Assembly (NCBI GenBank): GCA_021792255.1
Contig: JAJYUZ010000001.1
Coordinates: 32,001-96,000, forward strand
Reading direction: 5' to 3'
Length of the DNA stretch: 64,000 nucleotides
From: Thermoplasmata archaeon
GTDB taxonomy: Archaea; Thermoplasmatota; Thermoplasmata; Thermoplasmatales; GCA-001856825
Position 1 is the stretch's first letter. Each line of letters opens with the position of its first letter. Below are positions 20,032 through 29,577 of this stretch, piece by piece. Below the pieces are notes generated by a model. That model saw only the letters and a list, made by a program, of their open reading frames with translations, was not told the DNA's origin and searched no databases. Both the position numbers and the translations under genes were made by a program.

Positions 20032-20278
20032 CAACTTTCTAAAAGCTTAGAGAAAATCATGCACATTTGAGCAATATTTATCGAGCTCGGAGAGCAATTA
20101 CTCAATTTCGTTCTTCACTGCTTTGGAGCTGTTTGTTCGTATGATATTATGACGGACAAGATCTAGCGTGGTCCACTGCTTGGATCTAATTGGAAGAATA
20201 GCCACAGAGTTTTGACATTTCGGCATAAAGAGAAATATTGTTACTTAGGGTGAAATAAAAAAATAAAAAATTAAGGAA

Positions 20279-21646
20279 TTAAGTGGCGCTAATGGTCTCA
20301 GGTTCTTTGACTTTCAGAATTGGAATTGCCACTGCGACGAAAGAGAGGAAGAGTAGCCAGAGTCCTATTGCTTCCACATACCAAGATAGATCCATTGTAT
20401 AGACCTGTAGACCAACGAATCCCAGAACTATTCCAGATATTCCCAAGTATGCTGGCAATCTTAAACTCTTTTCTGCAGTTTTTCCATAGTAGTAGAGGGT
20501 TACAAAGAACGTGGCCCCAATAATTAGCATTAGGAAGATGTACAGCAAATGTCCGTCAGAAAAAGCTTGATCATATAAGGCGCCTGCCCCTTGAGTTGGA
20601 TCACCAAATCCATAGTATACTTCATTGAACTCTATGAGGAAACCGATGCCAAACATTGCTGCCACTGCTCCAACCCATGTGCCCATCGTTGCTACCTGAA
20701 TGTACTTCCCTCCCTTTGATGAATTAAGGGTCTTCACCAGCCCGAAAATCGCTATGATTGCACCAATTCCTATCAACCCAGTCTGAGTATCATCGAGCGC
20801 CAGACCGTTTGCTCCTCCAGCTCCAGAAACGAACACTGCTGGAATTACATAAGTTCCGAAAGTAGATATCCAGTACAATGAAGACATCGAGATTATGCCT
20901 ATTATCGAAACGACCAGTCCGAGATTAACGATCGTTCTGTAACCCTTGGACAGTTTCTGGTATCCAAATATTACAGTCGTCAACCCTACTAATCCACCCA
21001 TGATAGCAGGAGGGATCATGTGTGAGTGCATCGTCCACGCATTTCCTAGAAATGTAGAAGTTCCACCTATAGAATCTACGTAATTTTGGAAAAACGCAAG
21101 AGATGAATATCCGTTGTTCACATTTCCCCATTCGAGGATCATTCCAACAAAGCCGGCAATGGAAGCTGCTATTGAAGCCAGAAGAACCACGATGTATGCT
21201 CCCCACGTATTCTTAAAGTCATTCTTGTTCTTGAACGGATACATTAATAGTCCAATTACAAGCAGCACTGCGGCTAAAACGACTATAACGTCCCTGACGC
21301 CTTGGGCAATTTCGTCTGCCAGAACCATGCTTGAAGCGGTTGGATAGAAGAGCACTAGTCCGATAACTGAAAATATGAGTACCGGGTAAGTAGAGATGTT
21401 CATAAGTTTTTGAATAATCTTCGGAAGACTGAATACCCTTGCCGTTACCAGTATTATAAGGAGTGCAAGCGGAATCATGATTGTGTGGTAAAAATTCACC
21501 ACATCTAGGGTAAAATCACCCAATCTGAACCACGTGACTCCTGGGAAAAGCGGGCTTATTAGAAGCATCAGCGCGGTGTAGATCATAATGGCCGCAACGT
21601 TCTTCCTGGTGTCAAGCAGAATTGATAAAAATTTGTTCTCGCTCAT
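20279..21646 (-). CDS. Polytopic (about 12 TM) membrane protein with four membrane-edge histidines; possible b-type heme protein
   Basis: 455 aa with about 12 hydrophobic segments; the only histidines are H54, H207, H209 and H366; T-rich terminator tract follows on the coding strand (about 20254-20270). Confidence 0.75.
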   Translation of the reverse strand: MSENKFLSILLDTRKNVAAIMIYTALMLLISPLFPGVTWFRLGDFTLDVVNFYHTIMIPLALLIILVTARVFSLPKIIQKLMNISTYPVLIFSVIGLVLFYPTASSMVLADEIAQGVRDVIVVLAAVLLVIGLLMYPFKNKNDFKNTWGAYIVVLLASIAASIAGFVGMILEWGNVNNGYSSLAFFQNYVDSIGGTSTFLGNAWTMHSHMIPPAIMGGLVGLTTVIFGYQKLSKGYRTIVNLGLVVSIIGIISMSSLYWISTFGTYVIPAVFVSGAGGANGLALDDTQTGLIGIGAIIAIFGLVKTLNSSKGGKYIQVATMGTWVGAVAAMFGIGFLIEFNEVYYGFGDPTQGAGALYDQAFSDGHLLYIFLMLIIGATFFVTLYYYGKTAEKSLRLPAYLGISGIVLGFVGLQVYTMDLSWYVEAIGLWLLFLSFVAVAIPILKVKEPETISAT

Positions 21647-21879
21647 CTAGGTCACACATAATAATCGCAGTGCTCTTTAAAAATCTTTTGATATTTTGGT
21701 GTTGTTATAAAATTCCAGAGCTACAAAAAATTTAAGTACGACATAATAAAAAAATTGCAGTATAATTTTGGAACCAACACCTTATCTTTCCTGATAAAAT
21801 GAGGTTACCTCAGAAGAAAAACACTAAATGAAAAAGGGACAACCTCAAACTGATGGATCAACTCCAAACTGAGGGTTCG

Positions 21880-22101
21880 TTCAGAGATGAGTATGCCAAA
21901 AAATGATACAATACCCCCTGTCGGAGTATCAGGAAAAGAGGGAAGGGGCAGTGATACTGATGAAAAAAAATCCCGATGATGCACCTTACGTCGCCTGCTT
22001 CCTCGCTTTAAGGTGCGATGGTATAGGTCGAATGACTTAGACTTCAAAGAATACATAAGATTAAAGTCTTTCAAACCAAAGATTTAGTCCGAAAGATCTG
22101 A
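21880..22101 (+). pseudogene. Frameshifted PIN-domain (VapC-like) nuclease remnant
   Basis: Three frames join to give PLSEYQEKREGAVILMKKNPDDAPYVACFLALRCDGI / (W)SNDLDFKEY / IKVFQTKDLVRKI*, the DD.P..A.....I.SND.DF PIN C-terminal signature. The 5' boundary is approximate. Confidence 0.7.
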
Positions 22102-22116
22102 AAATGCAACTTACTT

Positions 22117-22629
22117 CTAATCTGTTAAAAAATTTGGATTATCCCGCATTATCTCACCTACTATGTGTTCTGGTGATTTTGAAGTTGTATCGAGATAATT
22201 TCTTGGTTTAGGGTTAAGAACATTGAACTCTTCAAGTAAAACTAGGCATCGTTCCCCCATAGATTCTTTCCTTTCATCATCTCTTTGTAACAAAGAGCTC
22301 ATGTCAGCAAGAAGAATCACGTATTTTGTGATGACGTCTCTTTTTCCGATTGCATCTTTTAGATACCTCACTTTGCTGGGGAAAACCACTGCATCAATCA
22401 CAACATCAAGACCAAAATCTACAAAATTTTTCGTGAGTCCGACGATATTATTCCATGTCAAATTGTCCTGCCTTTCGTCTTTCCAAGGAGCTAAATGTCC
22501 TCCCACTATCATATGATGCACTTGGTCTCCGGAAATCAGTGCACTTCTAGAGAGCACATTGGCTATCCTTTTTGAAATTGTCGACTTTCCGACTGCTGGA
22601 GGACCTGAGATGATATAAATCGAATTCAC
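22117..22629 (-). CDS. Small P-loop kinase (NMP/gluconate kinase-like)
   Basis: ISGPPAVGKST Walker A, VVIDAV Walker B, lid LLQRDDER, YLDTT. Confidence 0.8.
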   Translation of the reverse strand: MNSIYIISGPPAVGKSTISKRIANVLSRSALISGDQVHHMIVGGHLAPWKDERQDNLTWNNIVGLTKNFVDFGLDVVIDAVVFPSKVRYLKDAIGKRDVITKYVILLADMSSLLQRDDERKESMGERCLVLLEEFNVLNPKPRNYLDTTSKSPEHIVGEIMRDNPNFLTD

Positions 22630-22700
22630 GTTCTAAGTAATTGCTTGGTTTTTAATAACTTTCCTGGGTGGGCATATTGGTGCGGTCAAATATAACCCGA

Positions 22701-22839
22701 TGGGCGCACTGGGATTTGAACCCAGATCTGCGGGTATCTCTTAGGGTCATCGCTCCAGTTAATCATCAAGATCAGATGACCCACATTTAATCAAACCCTA
22801 ACTGGAGCCCGCTAGGATGCCTGACTACCCCATGCGCCC
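22701..22839 (-). tRNA. tRNA-Trp(CCA) with 66-nt intron at 37/38 (22736-22801)
   Basis: Acceptor GGGCGCA/TGCGCCC, anticodon stem GCGGG/CCCGC with CT-CCA-G loop, T-arm GGGTTCAAATCCC, BHB-like junction (TAGGGT/ACCCTA). CCA tail not encoded. Confidence 0.95.
22736..22801 (-). ncRNA. Intron-encoded box C/D guide sRNA targeting its host tRNA-Trp (Cm34, Cm39)
   Basis: C-like TTGATTA, guide TGTGGGTCAT plus D' CTGA, C' TGATGA, guide TAACTGGAGCG plus D-like ATGA; both guides are complementary to the anticodon arm. Confidence 0.85.
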
Positions 22840-22842
22840 AGT

Positions 22843-22950
22843 TTAACTCCTAGATGCTCGTCTGATCCTCTTCAGTCTCCGCATTCTTTTCTTCCGCCAT
22901 TTCCATCGCATCTTGTGTCTTTTCTTCCAGTCTCTAGAACTCCTTCTCAT
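22843..22950 (-). CDS. rpl41e: Ribosomal protein L41e (eS32), 35 aa (not in ORF track)
   Basis: MRRSSRDWKKRHKMRWKWRKKRMRRLKRIRRASRS*; AGGTG Shine-Dalgarno; stop is 3 nt from the tRNA-Trp 5' end. Confidence 0.9.
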   Translation of the reverse strand: MRRSSRDWKKRHKMRWKWRKKRMRRLKRIRRASRS

Positions 22951-23055
22951 CAGAGCACCTTTTCTAACCGTTATCACAAAGTCAATTTAAGGGTTTGTAT
23001 GGCAGCCATAGGCTAAAATAAAGGGGATAAAAATCAAAAGGGGAAAAAATCGACT

Positions 23056-23304
23056 CTATTTCATTTCTAGTACAACGACATCCTTCACGGATCTCATGGT
23101 CTTGAAGGGAATGACAAGTCTTCCCTGAGCATCCTTTTGCTGAGAGTCCGTTGCGATGTCCTCCGCAGGATTCACAAGAACGTGATTGATTTGTCCCGTG
23201 TCTGTATCAACCATGAAATTTGATATCGTACCTAGTATGAGCCCTTCGCTGGTCATTACCGTCTTACCCTTCAATTCTGTTACGAACTTTCTCATTTTAT
23301 TCAC
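23056..23304 (-). CDS. PRC-barrel protein (CdpB-like)
   Basis: ELKGKTVMTSEGLILGTISNFMVDTDTGQI...IPF..MRSVKDVVV. Confidence 0.87.
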   Translation of the reverse strand: MNKMRKFVTELKGKTVMTSEGLILGTISNFMVDTDTGQINHVLVNPAEDIATDSQQKDAQGRLVIPFKTMRSVKDVVVLEMK

Positions 23305-25523
23305 CTATAGTATATCAGGTCCTCTCGGCGAGCAGGCTTGGATTCCCTGCTCATGTTCTTAGATACTTCTTCGTAATATTTTATTGTTTCCTCGTCCAGA
23401 CTCGGTTTTACCCTTCTCAGTGCTTTCTCAAAATCTGCCATCGTCACTGTCTTTGCATTGATGTTTTGTCGAATAGCCTCTAGGCCTGCTTCTCTTACTA
23501 CATTCTCGATGTCGGCTCCGGTGTAATTTTCTGTTTTCTCCGCCAGAGTTTCGAGATTGACACTAGATCCAATTGGCATTTTCTTTGTATGGACTTTTAA
23601 TATCTTGAGTCTTGCTTCTTTTGTCGGAGGACCGATGTAAATAATCCTATCGAATCTCCCAGCTCTTAACAGAGCCGGGTCTATAATGTCCAGTCTGTTC
23701 GTTGCGGCAAGAATCACCACACCCTTCATTGCCTCCATTCCGTCCATACTTGTTAATAGTTGATTCACTATTCTGTCCGTCACGCCGGACGAAGCAAACA
23801 TTCCCCTTCTAGGTGCGATCGCATCGAGCTCATCTAAGAAAACGATCGTGGGGGCACTCTGCTTTGCTTTCTTGAATATCTCCCTGACTGCTTTTTCAGA
23901 TTCACCAACCCACTTGCTCATGACCTCTGGCCCTTTGATGGAAATGAAATTTGACTGGCTCTCGGTAGCGACTGCTTTTGCTAGTAGTGTCTTTCCTGTT
24001 CCAGGTGGTCCGAAGAAGAGTATCCCTCTAGACGGTTTGAAGCCCATTCTATCAAATACCTCTGGATTCTTTACGGGCATTTCGACCGTTTCCAAAAGTT
24101 CCTTCTTCACGTCTTCAAGGTTACCTACCTCTTCCCATCGGACATTGGGTATTTCGATCGTGACTTCTCTGAGAGACGAAGGTTCAATCTCTTTGAGTGC
24201 TGTAAAGAAATCTTCATTGGAAACGTGCATTTTTTCCAATATTTCTGTCGGAATTGGATTATCAAGATCTATTTCGGGGAGATATCGCCTCAGCGCTTTC
24301 ATAGCGGCTTCTCTTGAAAGAGCAGCCAAGTCTGCACCAACGAATCCGTGAGTGAGAGAGGATAATTCTTCGAGGAGCGTTTCCCTCTCCTCTGGCTTGC
24401 CTTCGAAGGGCATTCCTCTTGAGTGAATCTGAAGGATTTCCTTCCTTCCATTCTTGTCCGGGACTCCTATCTCTATTTCCCTGTCAAATCTTCCAGGTCT
24501 TCTTAGAGCCGGATCGACTGCTTCCAGTCTGTTCGTTGCAGCGATGACTATCACTTGGCCCCTGCTCTTAAGTCCGTCCATCAGAGTCAACAACTGAGCA
24601 ACTACTCTTCGCTCAAGCTCTCCCTGCGTTTCTTCTCTCTTAGGGGCAATTGAGTCTATTTCATCAATGAAGATTATTGATGGAGATTCTTTGGATGCCT
24701 TGTCAAAAGTTTCCCTCAGTGCCTTTTCACTCTCTCCATAAAATTTATTGATTATCTCAGGACCATTTATTGAATAGAACCTTGCACCCGATTCGTTTGC
24801 AACTGCCTTCGCTATTAGCGTTTTGCCTGTGCCTGGTGGACCGAACAGGATAACTCCTTTTGGAGGATCAATGCCCAGTCTCTCAAACAATTCAGGATGC
24901 TTCAAAGGCAGCTCAATCATCTCTCTGACCTTTCTCAGCTCTTCTCCTAGACCTCCAATATCTTCATAAGTTATCTTTTCCCCCTCTTCTTCCGCATTTA
25001 TAGCCTCTTCTCGCATCTCAATCATGGTCTCTTCCGTGACCATGAAAATCCCTCGACCGCCTCCGATCTTTGCTACCTTGAAAGAAACTCCGCCCTTACT
25101 GGTGAGGGCAAGGCCCTGGACGGAAATAATGTCACCTTCGACTATCGGTCTTCTGAGAAGCGATCTTCTTACATAGTCTTCAATTCCAGGCGCAAAGCGT
25201 ATTCTCTGATTCTCAGCAATTATCGGTGCTAAAACGAGAGTTTCTGCGGGCTTTACATCTGCCTTAGAGACCTTGATTTTGTCTCCTACCCTAACTCCCG
25301 AATTTTGCCTGACTAGTGGATCAATTCTTATTATTCCTCTGTTCTCTTCCTCCTCGCTTAACCTAAATACTCTCGCTGCAGTGATTTTCTTCCCTTCTAT
25401 CTTGATGATTTCTCCTATCGATACACCCAAAGCTTCTCTTGTGGCCTGGTCTATCCTTGCTCTGATAAGTCCGACATCCTCCTGGAGAGCTTCCCAGACG
25501 ACCAAATTTATGTAATCAACCAT
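23301..25523 (-). CDS. cdc48: Cdc48/VAT AAA+ ATPase
   Basis: N-domain plus two AAA modules (GPPGTGKT twice; FIDEID and FLDELD; RPGRFDR and RAGRFDR); C-terminal HbYX (IYYR). Confidence 0.96.
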   Translation of the reverse strand: MVDYINLVVWEALQEDVGLIRARIDQATREALGVSIGEIIKIEGKKITAARVFRLSEEEENRGIIRIDPLVRQNSGVRVGDKIKVSKADVKPAETLVLAPIIAENQRIRFAPGIEDYVRRSLLRRPIVEGDIISVQGLALTSKGGVSFKVAKIGGGRGIFMVTEETMIEMREEAINAEEEGEKITYEDIGGLGEELRKVREMIELPLKHPELFERLGIDPPKGVILFGPPGTGKTLIAKAVANESGARFYSINGPEIINKFYGESEKALRETFDKASKESPSIIFIDEIDSIAPKREETQGELERRVVAQLLTLMDGLKSRGQVIVIAATNRLEAVDPALRRPGRFDREIEIGVPDKNGRKEILQIHSRGMPFEGKPEERETLLEELSSLTHGFVGADLAALSREAAMKALRRYLPEIDLDNPIPTEILEKMHVSNEDFFTALKEIEPSSLREVTIEIPNVRWEEVGNLEDVKKELLETVEMPVKNPEVFDRMGFKPSRGILFFGPPGTGKTLLAKAVATESQSNFISIKGPEVMSKWVGESEKAVREIFKKAKQSAPTIVFLDELDAIAPRRGMFASSGVTDRIVNQLLTSMDGMEAMKGVVILAATNRLDIIDPALLRAGRFDRIIYIGPPTKEARLKILKVHTKKMPIGSSVNLETLAEKTENYTGADIENVVREAGLEAIRQNINAKTVTMADFEKALRRVKPSLDEETIKYYEEVSKNMSRESKPARREDLIYYR

Positions 25524-25692
25524 AATTTCACTACTACGTTATTTAACATTGATATTTAATGATTTCTTAATACCTTGAGAGCTAACTCGCTTTCGCATAT
25601 TCCAGCTAACAATCCGAGGTAACTCTTCTAGATGCTGTAAATTATATCTGAAGAATTAAGAGGCCAACAGAGCCAAATTAAAGTCCTGTTGT

Positions 25693-25702
25693 GACAATTG
25701 TC
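25693..25702. promoter_or_regulatory. Palindrome GACAATTGTC in the cdc48/ftsZ divergent intergenic region (candidate operator)
   Basis: Perfect 10-bp palindrome followed by another TGACA half-site; about 100 nt upstream of the ftsZ BRE-TATA (GCAAAATATAAATA, 25795-25808). Confidence 0.35.
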
Positions 25703-25825
25703 TGACATTTTTTAAATTACTTGATTATGTTATACTTCATTCATTTTCAATCAAGCGGGATTTGACCCCAGAAAGTTGAATCTCAAACTCGTTAGCAAAA
25801 TATAAATATGGCGTCATACATATAG

Positions 25826-27016
25826 ATGACAGAGGTAATCGATATGCCCATGAAATCGATCATCAAAAGTGCCCTCGGAGACGAGGGAAGTTCCGCGAAC
25901 GATCCACAAACTGCAGGACCGGGTGTTATTGGTATTCAGAGTCCAAGGGCTCCGTTGGCGTCCCCTGACGACGAAGAGCTTTCAAAAATAGTTGAGCAAC
26001 TAAAGGTTGGAATAAAGATAGTTGGCTGCGGTGGCGGCGGGAGTAATACGATCAACAGATGCATGGAAGAAGGAGTTTTTGGTGCCGAAATGGTCGCCGC
26101 GAACACCGATGCGAAGCATCTTTTGACAGTAAAGGCCCACAGAAAAGTTCTGCTGGGTAAAAGAAATACAAGGGGTCTTGGTGCAGGAGCTATTCCTCAG
26201 GTCGGAGAAGAAGCGGCAAGAGAGGCCGAGGATGATATGCTAAATGCTTTAGGGAGAGTAGATATTGCATTCGTAACGGCTGGAATGGGTGGCGGAACAG
26301 GTACAGGGTCTGCACCTATAGTCGCTGATATTGCCAAGAGACAAAAAGCGCTTGTGATAAGCGTAGTCACTCTTCCATTCACCTCAGAAGGCAGGGTCAG
26401 AATGGAGAATGCACTGTTCGGATTAGAGAAGATTCGGAGGAATTCTGATACAACAATAGTAATACCGAACGACAAACTACTGCAACTGGTTCCAAGATTG
26501 CCACTAGATCAGGCGTTCAAGGTTGCAGATGGAATACTCATGGAAGCATTAAAGGGATTGACTGAAATCATAACTAAGCCAGGTCTGGTAAATCTTGATT
26601 ATGCAGATATAAAGACGATCATGGCCGGAGGAGGAGTGGCAATGATCGGAATAGGAGAGTCTGAGGGTACCGGTCAAAACAAAGTGGAGCAGGCAGTACA
26701 AGAAGCGATCTCTTCTCCACTAATCGAGGCCGATATTTCGGATGCAAAAGGTGCACTCGTAAGGGTAGTCGGCGATGATCAGATGTCCGTCGCAGAAGCA
26801 GAGGGTGCAGTCAGAATGGTCCAGCAAAGGGTCAGCCCAAGTGCAAGGATAATTTGGGGGGCCTCAATTGATCCATCCCTTAAAGGAGCAATAAAAGTAC
26901 TAGTAGTCTTGACAGGGGTCAAGTCTCCTTACATGCTAGGAGCAAAGGGAGAGCTTAGCGCCATTGCAAAGGCAGCTGGAGCCAAGGGACTGGACTGGAA
27001 TATAGATTCAGTCTGA
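25826..27016 (+). CDS. ftsZ: Cell division protein FtsZ (FtsZ1-like)
   Basis: GCGGGGSN, AANTD, GMGGGTGTG tubulin signature, PFTSEG, PNDKL, NLDYAD T7 loop. Confidence 0.97.
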   Translation: MTEVIDMPMKSIIKSALGDEGSSANDPQTAGPGVIGIQSPRAPLASPDDEELSKIVEQLKVGIKIVGCGGGGSNTINRCMEEGVFGAEMVAANTDAKHLLTVKAHRKVLLGKRNTRGLGAGAIPQVGEEAAREAEDDMLNALGRVDIAFVTAGMGGGTGTGSAPIVADIAKRQKALVISVVTLPFTSEGRVRMENALFGLEKIRRNSDTTIVIPNDKLLQLVPRLPLDQAFKVADGILMEALKGLTEIITKPGLVNLDYADIKTIMAGGGVAMIGIGESEGTGQNKVEQAVQEAISSPLIEADISDAKGALVRVVGDDQMSVAEAEGAVRMVQQRVSPSARIIWGASIDPSLKGAIKVLVVLTGVKSPYMLGAKGELSAIAKAAGAKGLDWNIDSV

Positions 27017-27025
27017 TGCGGTACC

Positions 27026-28054
27026 GTGAAATCAATAATCATGGCCGGGGGCCTGGGTACCAGGCTAAGGCCAATCACTGACGAGATACCTAAATCGCTA
27101 ATACCGGTAGCGGGTAAACCGGTAGTTTTCTACCTGATGGAATCACTGTCGAGAATCTCGAACGATTTTGTTCTGACAGTGAGCTACAGATATGAAAAAG
27201 TCATAGACCTTTTCTCTGGAAAAGCGGTCAAGGGCAGAAACATCCTCTTTTCAGTGGAAAAAGAGCCTCTCGGGACAGCAGGCGGAATAAAGAAAGTCGA
27301 GAAGTTCGTAGAGGATACGTTCATAGTAGGCAATGCGGATACGATCTTTCAACAGGACGTTCGCGGACTAGTAGATTTTCACAAGAAAAACAAGAATTCA
27401 GTGACACTGGGACTAACTCCGGTTGATGACCCATCGGAATTTGGAGTGGCAAAAGTGATCAATGGGAGGATAGTCAAATTCCAGGAAAAGCCAAAGGTGG
27501 ATCCCATTTCAAATCTTGCCAACGTCGGACTCTACGTAATGGAGCCCGAGGTCTTCGATTACATAGAAAAGGGAAAGCAAGTTGATGTCGCAAAGGACCT
27601 TTTGCCAGCACTGCAAGCAGAAGGCAAGAAAATTGGCGGCTTCAGGATGAAGGGAGTATGGATCGATATAGGTAGACCCAGAGACCTAATCAAAGCGAAC
27701 ATCTTTGTTTCCCCAAAGGCGAAGAACACCTCGAAAGGATCTAGGCTGATAGGTAAAATCTACATGGGAAAGAAAGTGAAAATAGGAAAGAACTGCGTTC
27801 TAGAAAACGTAGCGATCTACGACGGAACTGTAATTGAAGACAACGTGAGCATCAAGAACTCAGTGGTGTACGACAGATCGATCATCGGTAGCGGGAGCCA
27901 CATTTCTGATTCCATACTGTCATTTGGTTCAATTCTCGGTGAAGGCGTCATAATTTCCGATTCTGTGATAGGTGGTGGTCTTCTCCTGCGGAAGGGAGGA
28001 AAGATAGAGGGAACAGTTGTCTCACTTGGTGAAGATAAACCAGGAAATTATTAG
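27026..28054 (+). CDS. Sugar-phosphate nucleotidyltransferase with hexapeptide-repeat tail
   Basis: MAGGLGTRLRPIT..PK, EPLGTAGG, FQEKP, WIDIGRP; left-handed beta-helix repeats. Confidence 0.9.
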   Translation: MKSIIMAGGLGTRLRPITDEIPKSLIPVAGKPVVFYLMESLSRISNDFVLTVSYRYEKVIDLFSGKAVKGRNILFSVEKEPLGTAGGIKKVEKFVEDTFIVGNADTIFQQDVRGLVDFHKKNKNSVTLGLTPVDDPSEFGVAKVINGRIVKFQEKPKVDPISNLANVGLYVMEPEVFDYIEKGKQVDVAKDLLPALQAEGKKIGGFRMKGVWIDIGRPRDLIKANIFVSPKAKNTSKGSRLIGKIYMGKKVKIGKNCVLENVAIYDGTVIEDNVSIKNSVVYDRSIIGSGSHISDSILSFGSILGEGVIISDSVIGGGLLLRKGGKIEGTVVSLGEDKPGNY

Positions 28055-28417
28055 GACAATCATCAGTAAAGCAAGAATTATCAAAACCTTCCCGCTCAAC
28101 CCTTTACCGAAGATTATCGGAACGGGGCCGATCATCAAGAATCCACCGAATTTTGTATCAGTTTTCAGTCTTGATCTTTCAGTTCCCTTTTCATCAGCTT
28201 CGAATTCTTCATATGAATAGCTTTCCGTCCTTGGTCTCAGAGAACTCAGTAAAGGCAACAAAAAAAATAGAAGTGGGGCTAACGCAAGTGCCGAGGTAGA
28301 AACAAAGACTGGAAAGAAGACAATAAAGTAAACCTGTACGTAACCCAGGTATGCCAGCAATGCTTCGGATCCTATGAACAGAACCAACGAGATAATGAAC
28401 AGAGTTAATGTCCTCAA
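28022..28417 (-). CDS. DUF131/TIGR00304-type membrane protein
   Basis: FGGFLMIGPVPIIFG motif. Confidence 0.82.
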   Translation of the reverse strand: MRTLTLFIISLVLFIGSEALLAYLGYVQVYFIVFFPVFVSTSALALAPLLFFLLPLLSSLRPRTESYSYEEFEADEKGTERSRLKTDTKFGGFLMIGPVPIIFGKGLSGKVLIILALLMIVLIISWFIFTK

Positions 28418-28502
28418 TTATTCTCTATTTCTAAAACCAATTCCGTTTTAGAACTTTTCCTATTACCTCATTCGGTATTCCAAATATTCACTGGGTGTAT
28501 TT

Positions 28503-29393
28503 TCAGAGGAAACCCGCCTTTTGAAGAACCAGTATATCTTCCGTGGAAAGAGACACTCCGTTCTTGAATTTCTCGTATATCTCCTCGGCTTTTACTTTTG
28601 CCTCGTTCTCTCTCCCCTTTCTCCTTTCCTTGGATTGTCTCTGCTTCATTGCCAGGATCAATTTCTCGTATTCCCTGATCGTGTTGAAGAGCTCATCCAG
28701 TTTCTGATTTTCCTTGAAGAGCTCGGCCTGAACTTGCAGGTACTTTTCGTGGATCTCGTCCGCCTTTCCCTTGGTCTCTATCATTTCTTCATATATCTTG
28801 TTCTGGCCGTCCCTCAGAGTGATTACTTCCTTTATCGTGACCTGGAAATCGTCCTGCGTCTTCTTTATCTCGTCCTTGTTTGTCTTTATGTCTTCATCCA
28901 GTTTCTTGTAGCTTGCATCGGCTAGGGCAACCTTCTCTGACTCTTTCTCATAATCTTTGATTGTCTTGTCCATGCCCCTAATTCGTTTGACGATCTCTTC
29001 TTCTTCTTTCTTATTGTAGACGCCTGTCATTTGTCTCCTTATCAGGTCGTCTTTTTCCTTCTTCATTTTTCTTAGATCTACCTGTTTGCCCTTATCCCTC
29101 AAAATGGAAGAACGGAGAGTTCTCCTCTCGCCTATTTCTTTCCTAAATTCTGAAGTGAGCTTATCCTTCTTAGCCTTGAGATCTGCAGCTTTGTTAGATA
29201 AATCATCCTTAGAACTCTTCATTTCTCTAAGCGATTTTATGAGTTCCTTTACTTTGTTGTTCAGGACGTCTCTTTCGTCGGCATATCTGTCCATCTCTTC
29301 TCGAAGATCGTCCCTTCTTTTTCTGCTTTCATCAAGGTCCTTTTTGATACCCAATCTCTTATTCTCTAATTCCGTAAGCGAATCAATCATCAT
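28503..29393 (-). CDS. Conserved archaeal coiled-coil protein (COG1340-like)
   Basis: RDVLNNKV, KADEIHE, C-terminal AEEIYEKFKNG.SLSTEDILVLQK. Confidence 0.8.
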   Translation of the reverse strand: MMIDSLTELENKRLGIKKDLDESRKRRDDLREEMDRYADERDVLNNKVKELIKSLREMKSSKDDLSNKAADLKAKKDKLTSEFRKEIGERRTLRSSILRDKGKQVDLRKMKKEKDDLIRRQMTGVYNKKEEEEIVKRIRGMDKTIKDYEKESEKVALADASYKKLDEDIKTNKDEIKKTQDDFQVTIKEVITLRDGQNKIYEEMIETKGKADEIHEKYLQVQAELFKENQKLDELFNTIREYEKLILAMKQRQSKERRKGRENEAKVKAEEIYEKFKNGVSLSTEDILVLQKAGFL

Positions 29394-29577
29394 AAACCTC
29401 AGGCGAGGCTTATTTATTTCGAAAATTTAACTCTTTTGAGGAAAGTGGTCCTTTTGATGAACAAGGAAGCTAATATAATGGCTGATATCTCAAGACGGTA
29501 AGAAATTGCTGAAAGTCCTCTGGTTGAAGCATCATTTTTTTCTTACATTTTTAATACTAATCCTAACTGAAGGGGCA

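Noticed and set aside
21805-22074. 89-aa minus-strand ORF
   Set aside because: Shadow of the plus-strand PIN pseudogene; no recognisable motifs.
22665-22690. Possible att-like partial copy of the tRNA-Trp 3' end (TGGGCATATTGG versus TGGGCGCACTGG)
   Set aside because: Too short and mismatched to tell from chance.
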